Below are positions 46,205-54,828 of a stretch of DNA of 64,000 bases, one piece after another (the first letter of the stretch is position 1; each line of letters starts with the position of its first letter). A program made the translations under genes and the position numbers. Below the pieces are notes generated by a model that saw nothing but the letters and a program-made list of their open reading frames with translations, ran no database searches and was not told where the DNA came from. The DNA is from Candidatus Woesearchaeota archaeon (GTDB lineage: Archaea; Nanobdellota; Nanobdellia; SCGC-AAA011-G17; UBA489), in NCBI GenBank assembly GCA_018655015.1, contig JABIKK010000013.1, positions 44,071 through 108,070 of the forward strand, in the 5' to 3' direction.

Positions 46205-47329
46205 TTACAACAAGGATTTGTAAACTTTAGATAAAACCTTTATAATATTATCCCATGCATACTGTTTAGAATTTTTCTTCCCTGCATCCCCCATAACATT
46301 TCTTTTTTTTGCATCATCCAACAATAAACCCAGCTTTTCTTTCAAGGCACCAACATCTTCAAAGGGAACAACATACCCAGTCTTACCATCTTCAACAACG
46401 AAAGGAAGAGAACCTCTATCGCTCACAACCAACGGTTTTCCTGCAGCCATAGCTTCAATTGCAACAATACCAAATCCCTCCCATTCAGAAAACAAAACAA
46501 AAACATCGGAAGCATAATAGGATGCAATGAATTCTTCATCGGGCAAACAACCCGCAAAATCAAGCTTATTTTCAATATTTAACTCCTTAGAAATTCTAAC
46601 TAATTCTTCCTTGTATCCTACATCTTGTCCAACAATTAGAAGCTTGCAATCAATCTCCTTAATTGCCTCCAAAACATAATTCAAACCCTTACTCTTATGA
46701 ATTCTACCTGTGTAAAGCAATGTCTTACCATTCAGCCCATACTTTTTCTTCAAAGAAGCAATATATTTCTTGTTTGGATGATTATATTTCTCAACATCAA
46801 CACCATTTGGCAAATCAATTACTTTATTCTTTGAAACACCTAAACGAGAATATTCTTTGTAGTCCATCTTAGTGAGGGCCGTACACTTACTAGCATATCT
46901 AACAAATTTACCTAAAGTAAAATCATGTAAAATTTTAAACAAATAATTCTTCTTAGTGTGAATAAAGCCATGTGCAGAAAAAACAACAGGAATTTTATTT
47001 CTCAAATAAAATAAAGCATATTCACTCAAAAATCTATTATATCCATGGGAGTGAGCAATATCATAATTTTTCCAATTCTCTTTGAACCATCCAATGGCCT
47101 CAGAAGAATAGCCATACCCTTTCAAAGAATACTTATTTTTTAATCTAATAACCTTAACCCCCTCAATGACCTCTTCAGATGGGAGATTTTTATCTTCACA
47201 AAATAAATCAGTTGTCAAAATCGTCACATCATGACCACTTTTAACAAATCCTTTAGCGGTTTCAAGAACAACTTTCTCCTGCCCTCCAATAATTGGATGG
47301 AAGCTACTAGTTATCTGTAATATTTTCAT
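46205..47329 (-). CDS. Family-4 (GT1) glycosyltransferase
   Basis: 'SEWEGFGIVAIEAMAAGKPLVVSD' EX7E motif. Confidence 0.85.
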   Translation of the reverse strand: MKILQITSSFHPIIGGQEKVVLETAKGFVKSGHDVTILTTDLFCEDKNLPSEEVIEGVKVIRLKNKYSLKGYGYSSEAIGWFKENWKNYDIAHSHGYNRFLSEYALFYLRNKIPVVFSAHGFIHTKKNYLFKILHDFTLGKFVRYASKCTALTKMDYKEYSRLGVSKNKVIDLPNGVDVEKYNHPNKKYIASLKKKYGLNGKTLLYTGRIHKSKGLNYVLEAIKEIDCKLLIVGQDVGYKEELVRISKELNIENKLDFAGCLPDEEFIASYYASDVFVLFSEWEGFGIVAIEAMAAGKPLVVSDRGSLPFVVEDGKTGYVVPFEDVGALKEKLGLLLDDAKKRNVMGDAGKKNSKQYAWDNIIKVLSKVYKSLL

Positions 47330-48110
47330 TAGCTACCTGCCTAATAGTTTTTACCTCAATTCCGGATGTTTTAACAAATGTAAATACCCTATCCAATAAA
47401 TCAATCTTCTCTATACATTCATACATCCCATGAACATACATTACTGAAAACTTCTTTTTTTCTATATTCTCAACAAGATATTCAAATATTGCATCATCAG
47501 AATATCCTTTTGTGACTAAATGCTCAATAATTGGAGTATTCATCTCCCCCTTAATAGTTACGGGCACATTAACCATCTTAGTACCACCTACAACTGCAGG
47601 AACCTTAGCAAAGAAATCACTAACAAATTTAATTCCTCTAGCGTCTAACACGTCTACTACTCTTTGATTAGTTCTAAATGCTGGAGAACAAAAAGAATCA
47701 GGGTTCTTTCCAAATAAAGAAACATACTTACTAATTGCTAATTTAACATCCCTATCAACATCGATCTTCTCTAATCCCCTAGTCCATCTCCTATGTTTCC
47801 ATCCATGAATGCCTAACTCATGACCTTCTTTTAGAATTCTTTTCAAAAGGGATTTATTCTTTTTAACAAAATCAATTGGATGAATTGCCATCCTTAATTT
47901 ATCCATAAAACTGAAGACATTGATTGACCTTTCACCTGCACCAGGAACAGCCCCACGATACTTTAAAATTTCAAATATATTGGATTCTCCGCCCATAGTC
48001 AAATAGAAACTAGCCTTAATTCCATGCTTAGCTAGAAGATCTAATAGATTAGGCAAACCCTTAGAAATTCCCTTTTGGGACTCCAAATCCACTCTTAAGG
48101 TGAAGCTCAT
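47307..48110 (-). CDS. Polysaccharide deacetylase (CE4 family)
   Basis: 'KASFYLTMG' and 'HELGIHGWKH' NodB-type motifs. Confidence 0.75.
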   Translation of the reverse strand: MSFTLRVDLESQKGISKGLPNLLDLLAKHGIKASFYLTMGGESNIFEILKYRGAVPGAGERSINVFSFMDKLRMAIHPIDFVKKNKSLLKRILKEGHELGIHGWKHRRWTRGLEKIDVDRDVKLAISKYVSLFGKNPDSFCSPAFRTNQRVVDVLDARGIKFVSDFFAKVPAVVGGTKMVNVPVTIKGEMNTPIIEHLVTKGYSDDAIFEYLVENIEKKKFSVMYVHGMYECIEKIDLLDRVFTFVKTSGIEVKTIRQVANENITDN

Positions 48111-48169
48111 AAACTTCCAAGATAGAGAAATACTTTTAAATCTACCTCAGAAACCTAAAAAGGATTCAA

Positions 48170-48769
48170 ATGGCAAAAACACCGAAAAAGATAAGGACTA
48201 ACAAAAGAATACTAAATCTAGGTGCGGAAGACATAAGGCATCATTCTAATAATGAAGAGTTCACAATAGATATTGCTCCTGCAGCAAAGCCCGATGTAGT
48301 ATGGGATTTAAGAAAAACTCCTTGGCCAATTGAAGATAATCAATTTGACATTGTATATGCAGAAAATATAATTGAGCACTTACCGGACACTTGTGCAGTA
48401 ATGCAAGAAATATGGAGAGTCTGTAAAGATGGAGCAAAAGTAAAAATCATAGTTCCCCATTACACCGGGTTTACGAGTTGGAGTTGCCCAGAACACTACA
48501 AAACATTCACCTCCATAACATTCGACTATTTCAACAAACAATTTGATGTAGTAAAAAAGAGATTAAAATATTCCCCACATGACAGACATCCTTTCCTTTG
48601 GAAAATACTCGACTGGTTAATTAACAGAAATTATATCATTTCGGATAGATTTGGTTCTTTAATTGGAGGAATTGCAGAAATAAGATTAACTCTAAGAGCA
48701 AAGAAAAAAGTAAACTTAGATGGTGATGAAGAGTACATTAGTAGAGGACATATAGAAGAAAAAGATTAA
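48170..48769 (+). CDS. Class I SAM-dependent methyltransferase (type 11), paralog of 44203-44757
   Basis: 'VYAENIIEHLPDTCAVMQEIWRVCKDGAKVKIIVPHYTG' aligns with 'IYTEHALEHVKEFEFVMEEIYRICKPKAKIVIKVPYFSG'. Confidence 0.6.
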   Translation: MAKTPKKIRTNKRILNLGAEDIRHHSNNEEFTIDIAPAAKPDVVWDLRKTPWPIEDNQFDIVYAENIIEHLPDTCAVMQEIWRVCKDGAKVKIIVPHYTGFTSWSCPEHYKTFTSITFDYFNKQFDVVKKRLKYSPHDRHPFLWKILDWLINRNYIISDRFGSLIGGIAEIRLTLRAKKKVNLDGDEEYISRGHIEEKD

Positions 48770-49386
48770 ACTTTCTCAGCTCTAACAACCAACACTTCTC
48801 CAAAAGAAGCCTTAATAAATTTAGGAGATAAAATGGCTTTGTTCTTAAGTAATAAACCACTACTTGATGCTTTTGTAACTTTAAAACCAACTTTTTCTAA
48901 CAAATCTCGCAATGTAAAAAGTGTAAAATCGTTTACGTGTTTTTGCATATCATACTTTTCCTTAAATGGATAATCTATGGGAAAACAAGCATGTCTTGGA
49001 ATTTTTCCAAACAAAGACCTTAGTCTATTCTTCAAAGATACCATATTTGGTGTTGATAAAATCAAAGCACCTCCAGGAGAAAGAATCCTATAACATTCTT
49101 CTAAGAATTTCCTAGCATTGAATAAGTGTTCTACAATCTCACCAGCAATTACAACATCAACTTCTCCATCTTTTAACGGAAGTTTACCTTCATTAAGATC
49201 GCAAACAAGATCAGGTTTAAGACTTGCCACACCATCCAAACTTATTGTCTTCTTTGTTTTAACTCTTGCAGAAACTGAAGTCTCACCGGCACCAATATCT
49301 AAAACAATTTTGTCATCTAAGTTACCCAATAGCCTAATCATTTCATCAAATCTTACAGAATCATACATATTAAAATTCTTAGACAT
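48766..49386 (-). CDS. Class I SAM-dependent methyltransferase (type 11)
   Basis: 'VLDIGAGE' and 'ILSPGGALILSTPN'. Confidence 0.75.
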   Translation of the reverse strand: MSKNFNMYDSVRFDEMIRLLGNLDDKIVLDIGAGETSVSARVKTKKTISLDGVASLKPDLVCDLNEGKLPLKDGEVDVVIAGEIVEHLFNARKFLEECYRILSPGGALILSTPNMVSLKNRLRSLFGKIPRHACFPIDYPFKEKYDMQKHVNDFTLFTLRDLLEKVGFKVTKASSSGLLLKNKAILSPKFIKASFGEVLVVRAEKV

Positions 49387-49424
49387 AACTAAAAAACCTC
49401 TAAATAGCTTATAAATTTATCTTA

Positions 49425-50459
49425 TCAGATACCTAACTGAGACCGGATTTTAGGCCCAATAAGCTTAATCAGTGGGAGGGGCAAGCAACGCCAAACTTTT
49501 CTAAAAACCTTAAGTTTGTCTCCCTTGGAAATCCCTCTTGTTTGTGACGGAAAAACAAAATTAATCCTCTCAAAAGGTTCACATAACCACTTATTCTTGA
49601 ATTTATACATACTCCATTCCCTACTACCATTTTTATGATCCATATCAACTTGTCCGGTATCAATTGTCTTCAATTTTTTCTTAATCCCATATTTAATGGT
49701 CTCCCAATACAACAAATCATTTGGCCTATACTTCCTAAATGAATTATTGGATACATTAACATAAACATTGCCCTTTCCACCACCATGTAAAAAAATCAAT
49801 GATCCTGCAAGTTTTTTATCCTTATAACAATTCAATCCAAAGAAACCCCCATTACATTTCTCAAAAAGATTCTTGAAAAAATCAAAAGAATGATTAGGCG
49901 TACCAAATCTCTTCATTTCTCTAACATACAACTTGAAAAAACTTTTTAACTCTTTTTCAGAATCAATCCTAACTAAATTCATTCCAGACTTCATTGCCAT
50001 TCTAACATCATTTCTTGTATGTTTATGGAATTTTTTCCACATCTCTTCTTCAGAAGATAATTTCAAAATAAACTGATGCTTCGCTTTCTCCTCAGAAAAT
50101 CCAATTTTCAACAAATCGTTCCTAACCTTTTCAAAATTCCCATCAGATTTATCAATCTTAACTTCAACACTATCCACAGAATCACTATTCAACTCATTTA
50201 TTAACAAGGATAAAATTTTAGAATCAAACTTCCCCGAAAAACCACCTACATCAAAAAATGGAACAGATATCATCCTATTCCCAAATAATTTACTCTTAAC
50301 TAAAACAAATGGAAAAACACTTTCAACTTTAGTTTTCACATCCCCATAATAATAAGGCTCACAATTCCCATAACTATCAGTAACTGCATCTCTAAATTCA
50401 ATAGTCTCTTGAATTCCCACATTCGTCAAACCTTCAGAATTCAACTTTTTAAGAGTCAT
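49425..50459 (-). CDS. FemAB/BioF2-like GNAT acyl(amino-acyl)transferase
   Basis: Two-lobed GNAT-like pattern 'MISVPFFDVGG...FKLY..EMKRFGTP...LAGSLIFLHGG' typical of Acetyltransf_6/FemAB proteins. Confidence 0.5.
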   Translation of the reverse strand: MTLKKLNSEGLTNVGIQETIEFRDAVTDSYGNCEPYYYGDVKTKVESVFPFVLVKSKLFGNRMISVPFFDVGGFSGKFDSKILSLLINELNSDSVDSVEVKIDKSDGNFEKVRNDLLKIGFSEEKAKHQFILKLSSEEEMWKKFHKHTRNDVRMAMKSGMNLVRIDSEKELKSFFKLYVREMKRFGTPNHSFDFFKNLFEKCNGGFFGLNCYKDKKLAGSLIFLHGGGKGNVYVNVSNNSFRKYRPNDLLYWETIKYGIKKKLKTIDTGQVDMDHKNGSREWSMYKFKNKWLCEPFERINFVFPSQTRGISKGDKLKVFRKVWRCLPLPLIKLIGPKIRSQLGI

Positions 50460-51571
50460 TTCAAAGCCTCATTATAGACTTCTATTAATTGCTTGTTTCT
50501 AACTGGAATAGAAAGTGCCCCTTTTCTAACTTTGTCCAAACCGGCCTTAGCTAGCTTATTTCTAAATGCTTCATTTTTAACAAGTCTCTCCATTGCAAAA
50601 TGCATATCGACTATAAACTTTTCATTTGCATCTCCAACAAGCTTAGAAACTGGATATTCTTGAATAAAATTCTCTTTAAGACTATAACCAGGAATATCTA
50701 CAATCAGACCAGTTTTGCCATCTTCCACAAGTTCTGGAACGGCAAACAAATTCGTCCCAATTATTGGTAATCCTGCAACCATTGCATCCATCAAACCAAA
50801 ACCAAAACTATCACATAAAGTTGGATACAAAAAAATATCGCACTTAGCATGAACATTCTTTATCAAATCTTCACGAGAGATAATATTATTGGAATAATTA
50901 GTGTATTTAACATTCTTAGATGAATATTTCTTTTGTATCTCTTTTGGAACATCAGCCCGCATCCAAAGTTCAACATTATTAAACTTCTTCTCCAACCTAG
51001 AAAAAGCTTCAAGAACTTGAATCCCACCTTTCTGTTCAAACAAACTCAAAACACATAGAATTCTTATTTTCTCATGTTTCTCTGTTTTAGTAGGACTTAT
51101 GTGTGCAGAAGGATACAGCACTTTTAACTTATGTTTGAACTTCCTACAATCAAAATGTTTCAAAAATCCTTGTAACGTAGCATCACAATGGCATAATATC
51201 GCCTTACAATATTTAGATCCAAGTTTCCACTCAATAAATTTTTTAATTAATTTATTTTCGACAGCTTTAGAATGAAGTCCCATGAAAGAATAAAAATGTT
51301 CAACATCCATAACCCATGGTTTTCTATTTAAAGGAATTATACCTCTGGAAGTATGGATCAAGTCATAATCTCCTGGCTTAACCATTATAACTCTAGGAAG
51401 ATTAATTGCTTGAGAGAGAACATTAGCTAATTCTTTTAGTTTCTTATGTTTGTAATAAGTTCCTTTTTTAGTTTGTCCAGAAACACCCAAATACTCAACA
51501 CCTCTTGGTGGATAATTCACAATTTCTTGATATATTTGGTGCGCTCCAAAGATTTGTTTAATTTTTATCAT
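50456..51571 (-). CDS. Family-4 (GT1) glycosyltransferase
   Basis: 'LCDSFGFGLMDAMVAGLPIIGTN...ELVEDGKTG' EX7E motif. Confidence 0.8.
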   Translation of the reverse strand: MIKIKQIFGAHQIYQEIVNYPPRGVEYLGVSGQTKKGTYYKHKKLKELANVLSQAINLPRVIMVKPGDYDLIHTSRGIIPLNRKPWVMDVEHFYSFMGLHSKAVENKLIKKFIEWKLGSKYCKAILCHCDATLQGFLKHFDCRKFKHKLKVLYPSAHISPTKTEKHEKIRILCVLSLFEQKGGIQVLEAFSRLEKKFNNVELWMRADVPKEIQKKYSSKNVKYTNYSNNIISREDLIKNVHAKCDIFLYPTLCDSFGFGLMDAMVAGLPIIGTNLFAVPELVEDGKTGLIVDIPGYSLKENFIQEYPVSKLVGDANEKFIVDMHFAMERLVKNEAFRNKLAKAGLDKVRKGALSIPVRNKQLIEVYNEALK

Positions 51572-51628
51572 TTCAAGACTCCCACGCTAAAATGTCCAAA
51601 CTCGGCAGTTTAAATGCTTTTTTAAGAG

Positions 51629-52477
51629 CTATTTTCTCTCCAAAAGAAGGTATTTCAAGGCCCTACCCTTAAAGATGTACTTCAAGCTATCCAAAGGTCT
51701 AAGATCGGTTTTAACAAAAGTGAATAATTTAATCAAACCTGTAAGTTTGAGAAAACCATGGAAAGGATACAATCTCAAAGGTAAGTCTTCTATGAGATAT
51801 TTAACAACAAAACCTTCTTTTTCGAAATAAGTCATTAAATCTGTAGATTTATCTCTTCCAAGAATGTCTGTGTGAAATTCTAATGAAATCTTCTTAACTT
51901 TAGATGGAATTTTTTTAAACAAAACTTCATACTCATGACCTTCTAAATCCATCCTAATAAAATTAGTTTTATATTTATCTACAAAGAATTTTAGAGTTTC
52001 ACTTTTAACAGGAATAGTATTCTTATTCTTAACATCAACAATCTTAGAGATGTTTAATTGTTCATTTTTTTCTAAATAGACTTTTCCTTTTTTTCCAACA
52101 GCCATATTCACAAATTCAACCTTTTTAGAAATTCCATACTCCTTAACATTCTTCTTCAAGATTGGAAGCGCGCAATCTAAAGGTTCTATTGAAAAAATCT
52201 TTTTAGCAGCACTAGATAAAATTGTAAAAAAACCAAGATTGGCACCAATATCCAACATAACATCAGAATTTTTAACAAATCCACAATGGAACTTATAGTT
52301 CAATGGCTCCCTAAAACCAAAAACCCTCAAATGTTTAGACAACCCAGAATCATCACTATGTAAATAAAATTTAAATTCCTTATTAACATCAATCTTCTTC
52401 AAATTAACAATAACAGGATTTCTTTTATTATTTCTTAGCTTACAAATAATCCAATACGGCCACCATGTAGGGTTCAT
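51629..52477 (-). CDS. FkbM-family methyltransferase
   Basis: 'MLDIGANLGFFT' and 'FIRMDLEGHEYEVL'. Confidence 0.75.
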   Translation of the reverse strand: MNPTWWPYWIICKLRNNKRNPVIVNLKKIDVNKEFKFYLHSDDSGLSKHLRVFGFREPLNYKFHCGFVKNSDVMLDIGANLGFFTILSSAAKKIFSIEPLDCALPILKKNVKEYGISKKVEFVNMAVGKKGKVYLEKNEQLNISKIVDVKNKNTIPVKSETLKFFVDKYKTNFIRMDLEGHEYEVLFKKIPSKVKKISLEFHTDILGRDKSTDLMTYFEKEGFVVKYLIEDLPLRLYPFHGFLKLTGLIKLFTFVKTDLRPLDSLKYIFKGRALKYLLLERK

Positions 52478-52478
52478 C

Positions 52479-53123
52479 TCAAAAAATCCTCCTAACTAAT
52501 CTAATTCCATGGACCACTAACCAATTATAAATTCCTTTGAGAGTCACCATTTTAATCATCAAACGGCTCCTTAATAACTTCAAACCATTAAAATCTCCAT
52601 TATACAACAAGGAAGAAACTTCTCCCCCAGTATCGCCCAATCGCGTTTTAAGCTCACTAAGAACTACTTTTTTGTCAGCAGTTTTAACTAATTTCTTTAT
52701 TTTCACTAAATGCTTTTCAGAGAAATGTCTTTTATCAATTACACAATGCAAAACAAGGTGAATTAATTCATCTTCCTCCGAAAGCGTATAAAAATAAGAT
52801 CTTTTTTTCCTCCGACTCAATAAATCTCTAGCAGAAGCATAAGGAAAACCTTGGTAAGGCATAACTTTAACCCTTAAATCAAGATAATATTCTCCCTTAA
52901 ATGTTAAGTAATAACCAAAGTCGGCTCTTTTCTTAAAACCTAGCTCTTTCAATAAATTTCTAACTTTACATTTATTCTCAACTAAAATATCTATATCGTT
53001 ACCATCATCAAAAGTAGAATAGCCCCTAAGAACTACATAGTTTATCTTTTCTTTAGAAAACATTTCGAAAACATTTTTTAGGACAGTTTTCATTTTACAC
53101 CTTCCCCAATATTTCGTTAACAA
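52479..53123 (-). CDS. Pol-beta-superfamily nucleotidyltransferase-fold protein
   Basis: 'GNDIDILVE' G[SG]x9-13DhD-type NTase motif. Confidence 0.4.
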   Translation of the reverse strand: MLTKYWGRCKMKTVLKNVFEMFSKEKINYVVLRGYSTFDDGNDIDILVENKCKVRNLLKELGFKKRADFGYYLTFKGEYYLDLRVKVMPYQGFPYASARDLLSRRKKRSYFYTLSEEDELIHLVLHCVIDKRHFSEKHLVKIKKLVKTADKKVVLSELKTRLGDTGGEVSSLLYNGDFNGLKLLRSRLMIKMVTLKGIYNWLVVHGIRLVRRIF

Positions 53124-53697
53124 CCGTTTTTAGACTTTTCTCATTATCAACAAATTCTAAATCAACATAATGGCCTAACTTTTTAGCTTGTTTATAAAAA
53201 TTATTTATGTTATCTGCATTAGCCTCTTGTTTTCTTTTAAGTATAACTTTACTAGAAGCATGAATTAAAAAACATTTTTGTGGCTTGGGTGTAATAAGTT
53301 TCAGAAGTTTAAAATTAGTATCGTTGGACAATATCAAACCATCATAAAAGTATCTATCATACAATAAGTAATCCGCACGTATAAACTTATTTTTAATAAA
53401 TCTAGTCCAGAACTCAAGATACTGGATTAATAACCAAGGAAGCTTCCTAGTTCTATAATTATTTCTATCAAATTCCTTTACTTCTTTATCTTTAGATTTC
53501 TTCGGCCTATGCTTAAACGATGAATACCAACTGCTAAAAGTCCTCATTAAAGGAAAGGCATAATCCCTTCCAAGGCCCATATAACGGACTTCACAAGTTT
53601 TGCCCCTCTTCTTAAGACCCTTACAAACTTCCCTTATCACAGTAGTTTTACCCGACCCATCAATCCCAATAAAAGCAATTGTTTTCATTTTAACCAC
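53095..53697 (-). CDS. P-loop kinase (thymidylate/deoxynucleoside-kinase-like fold)
   Basis: 'IAFIGIDGSGKTT' Walker A in the arrangement typical of dNMP kinases. Overlaps the NTase gene by 29 nt. Confidence 0.5.
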   Translation of the reverse strand: MVKMKTIAFIGIDGSGKTTVIREVCKGLKKRGKTCEVRYMGLGRDYAFPLMRTFSSWYSSFKHRPKKSKDKEVKEFDRNNYRTRKLPWLLIQYLEFWTRFIKNKFIRADYLLYDRYFYDGLILSNDTNFKLLKLITPKPQKCFLIHASSKVILKRKQEANADNINNFYKQAKKLGHYVDLEFVDNEKSLKTVVNEILGKV

Positions 53698-54788
53698 TTA
53701 ACAATCTCCTTGCTTACTCCACTTCCACCATAAGGATTCTTAAATTTCTTAACTTTAATACCTTTAGTGATTATTTCATCAATTAATGTTTTACTCTTTT
53801 CTACATCCAGTTTAGTTAAAAAATTCAAACCAGTTGTAAGGCCTTCCTGTCTTTCAGTAAATTCCCTCAACAATACGCAAGGTTTCTTGAAAACCAAGCT
53901 TTCTTCCTGAATAGAACCTCCATCCACAACAAGTATTTCACAGTGTTTCATCTGATAAGAAAAGTTAATGTAATCTAATGGATCAATTAGTTTAACAAAC
54001 TTATTCTTAACTAGTCGATCATAAAGTCCAAAATCAATAAGCTGTTTTTTTGTATTATCATGTAATGTAAAATAAGAGGGTATTTTCAAAGAACAAAGAA
54101 TTTCAACAATCTTAGACAACCTATCTTTATTCTTAATGTTTTCATGCCTATGTACAGATATTAACGCGAATTTTCCTTGGGATAACGGTTTAATCTTCGC
54201 TTTAACAGCAAGCTTACATGCAATATCAATAGAATCCACAACAGTATTACCTACGGTTATGATTTTTCCACCATGCCGCTCTTTTTCTAAATTTTTTCTA
54301 GATCTCTCAGAAACAGCCAATAAAATATCTGAAAACCTATCTGCAATTTTCCTTGAAATTTCTTCAGGAAATGGTTCCATCAATTTACCACTTCTCAGAC
54401 CAGCCTCTAAATGAACGTTCTTATATTTCTTAAAAGGATTCAATAACCTGGAAGAAGCAATAGCAATTGCAGCAGTAGTCATTGTATCCCCATGATAGAG
54501 TACATAATCCAGATTCTTAGTTCTTAACAACAACTTCCAAAGCTTAAAAATCACCCATCCATTCCAAAAAATAGCCCTTGGGACTTTAGTATAAAATTTA
54601 GTGCTTGCTTTAGGTTCTTTAGTTAAAATAACATCTGGCTTTTTGACAGAAAATTTATCACATAAGTCACCAAGACTATGCTGTCCAGTATGTACAAAAG
54701 TATAAGGAATCTTTTTCCTATCCAATTCAAGCATCACAGGAAAAGTTTTTATCAACTCTGCCCGAGTACCAATAACTATCAAAATCAT
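53685..54788 (-). CDS. neuC: UDP-N-acetylglucosamine 2-epimerase (WecB/NeuC family)
   Basis: 'IVIGTRAELIKTFPV...HTGQH' N-terminus and 'VGNTVVDS', 'VLLREFTERQEG' motifs of UDP-GlcNAc 2-epimerases. Confidence 0.8.
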   Translation of the reverse strand: MILIVIGTRAELIKTFPVMLELDRKKIPYTFVHTGQHSLGDLCDKFSVKKPDVILTKEPKASTKFYTKVPRAIFWNGWVIFKLWKLLLRTKNLDYVLYHGDTMTTAAIAIASSRLLNPFKKYKNVHLEAGLRSGKLMEPFPEEISRKIADRFSDILLAVSERSRKNLEKERHGGKIITVGNTVVDSIDIACKLAVKAKIKPLSQGKFALISVHRHENIKNKDRLSKIVEILCSLKIPSYFTLHDNTKKQLIDFGLYDRLVKNKFVKLIDPLDYINFSYQMKHCEILVVDGGSIQEESLVFKKPCVLLREFTERQEGLTTGLNFLTKLDVEKSKTLIDEIITKGIKVKKFKNPYGGSGVSKEIVKWLK

Positions 54789-54828
54789 AGTTCTGACTAC
54801 CTTAAAAAGAGTTTAAATAGATTCCTGA

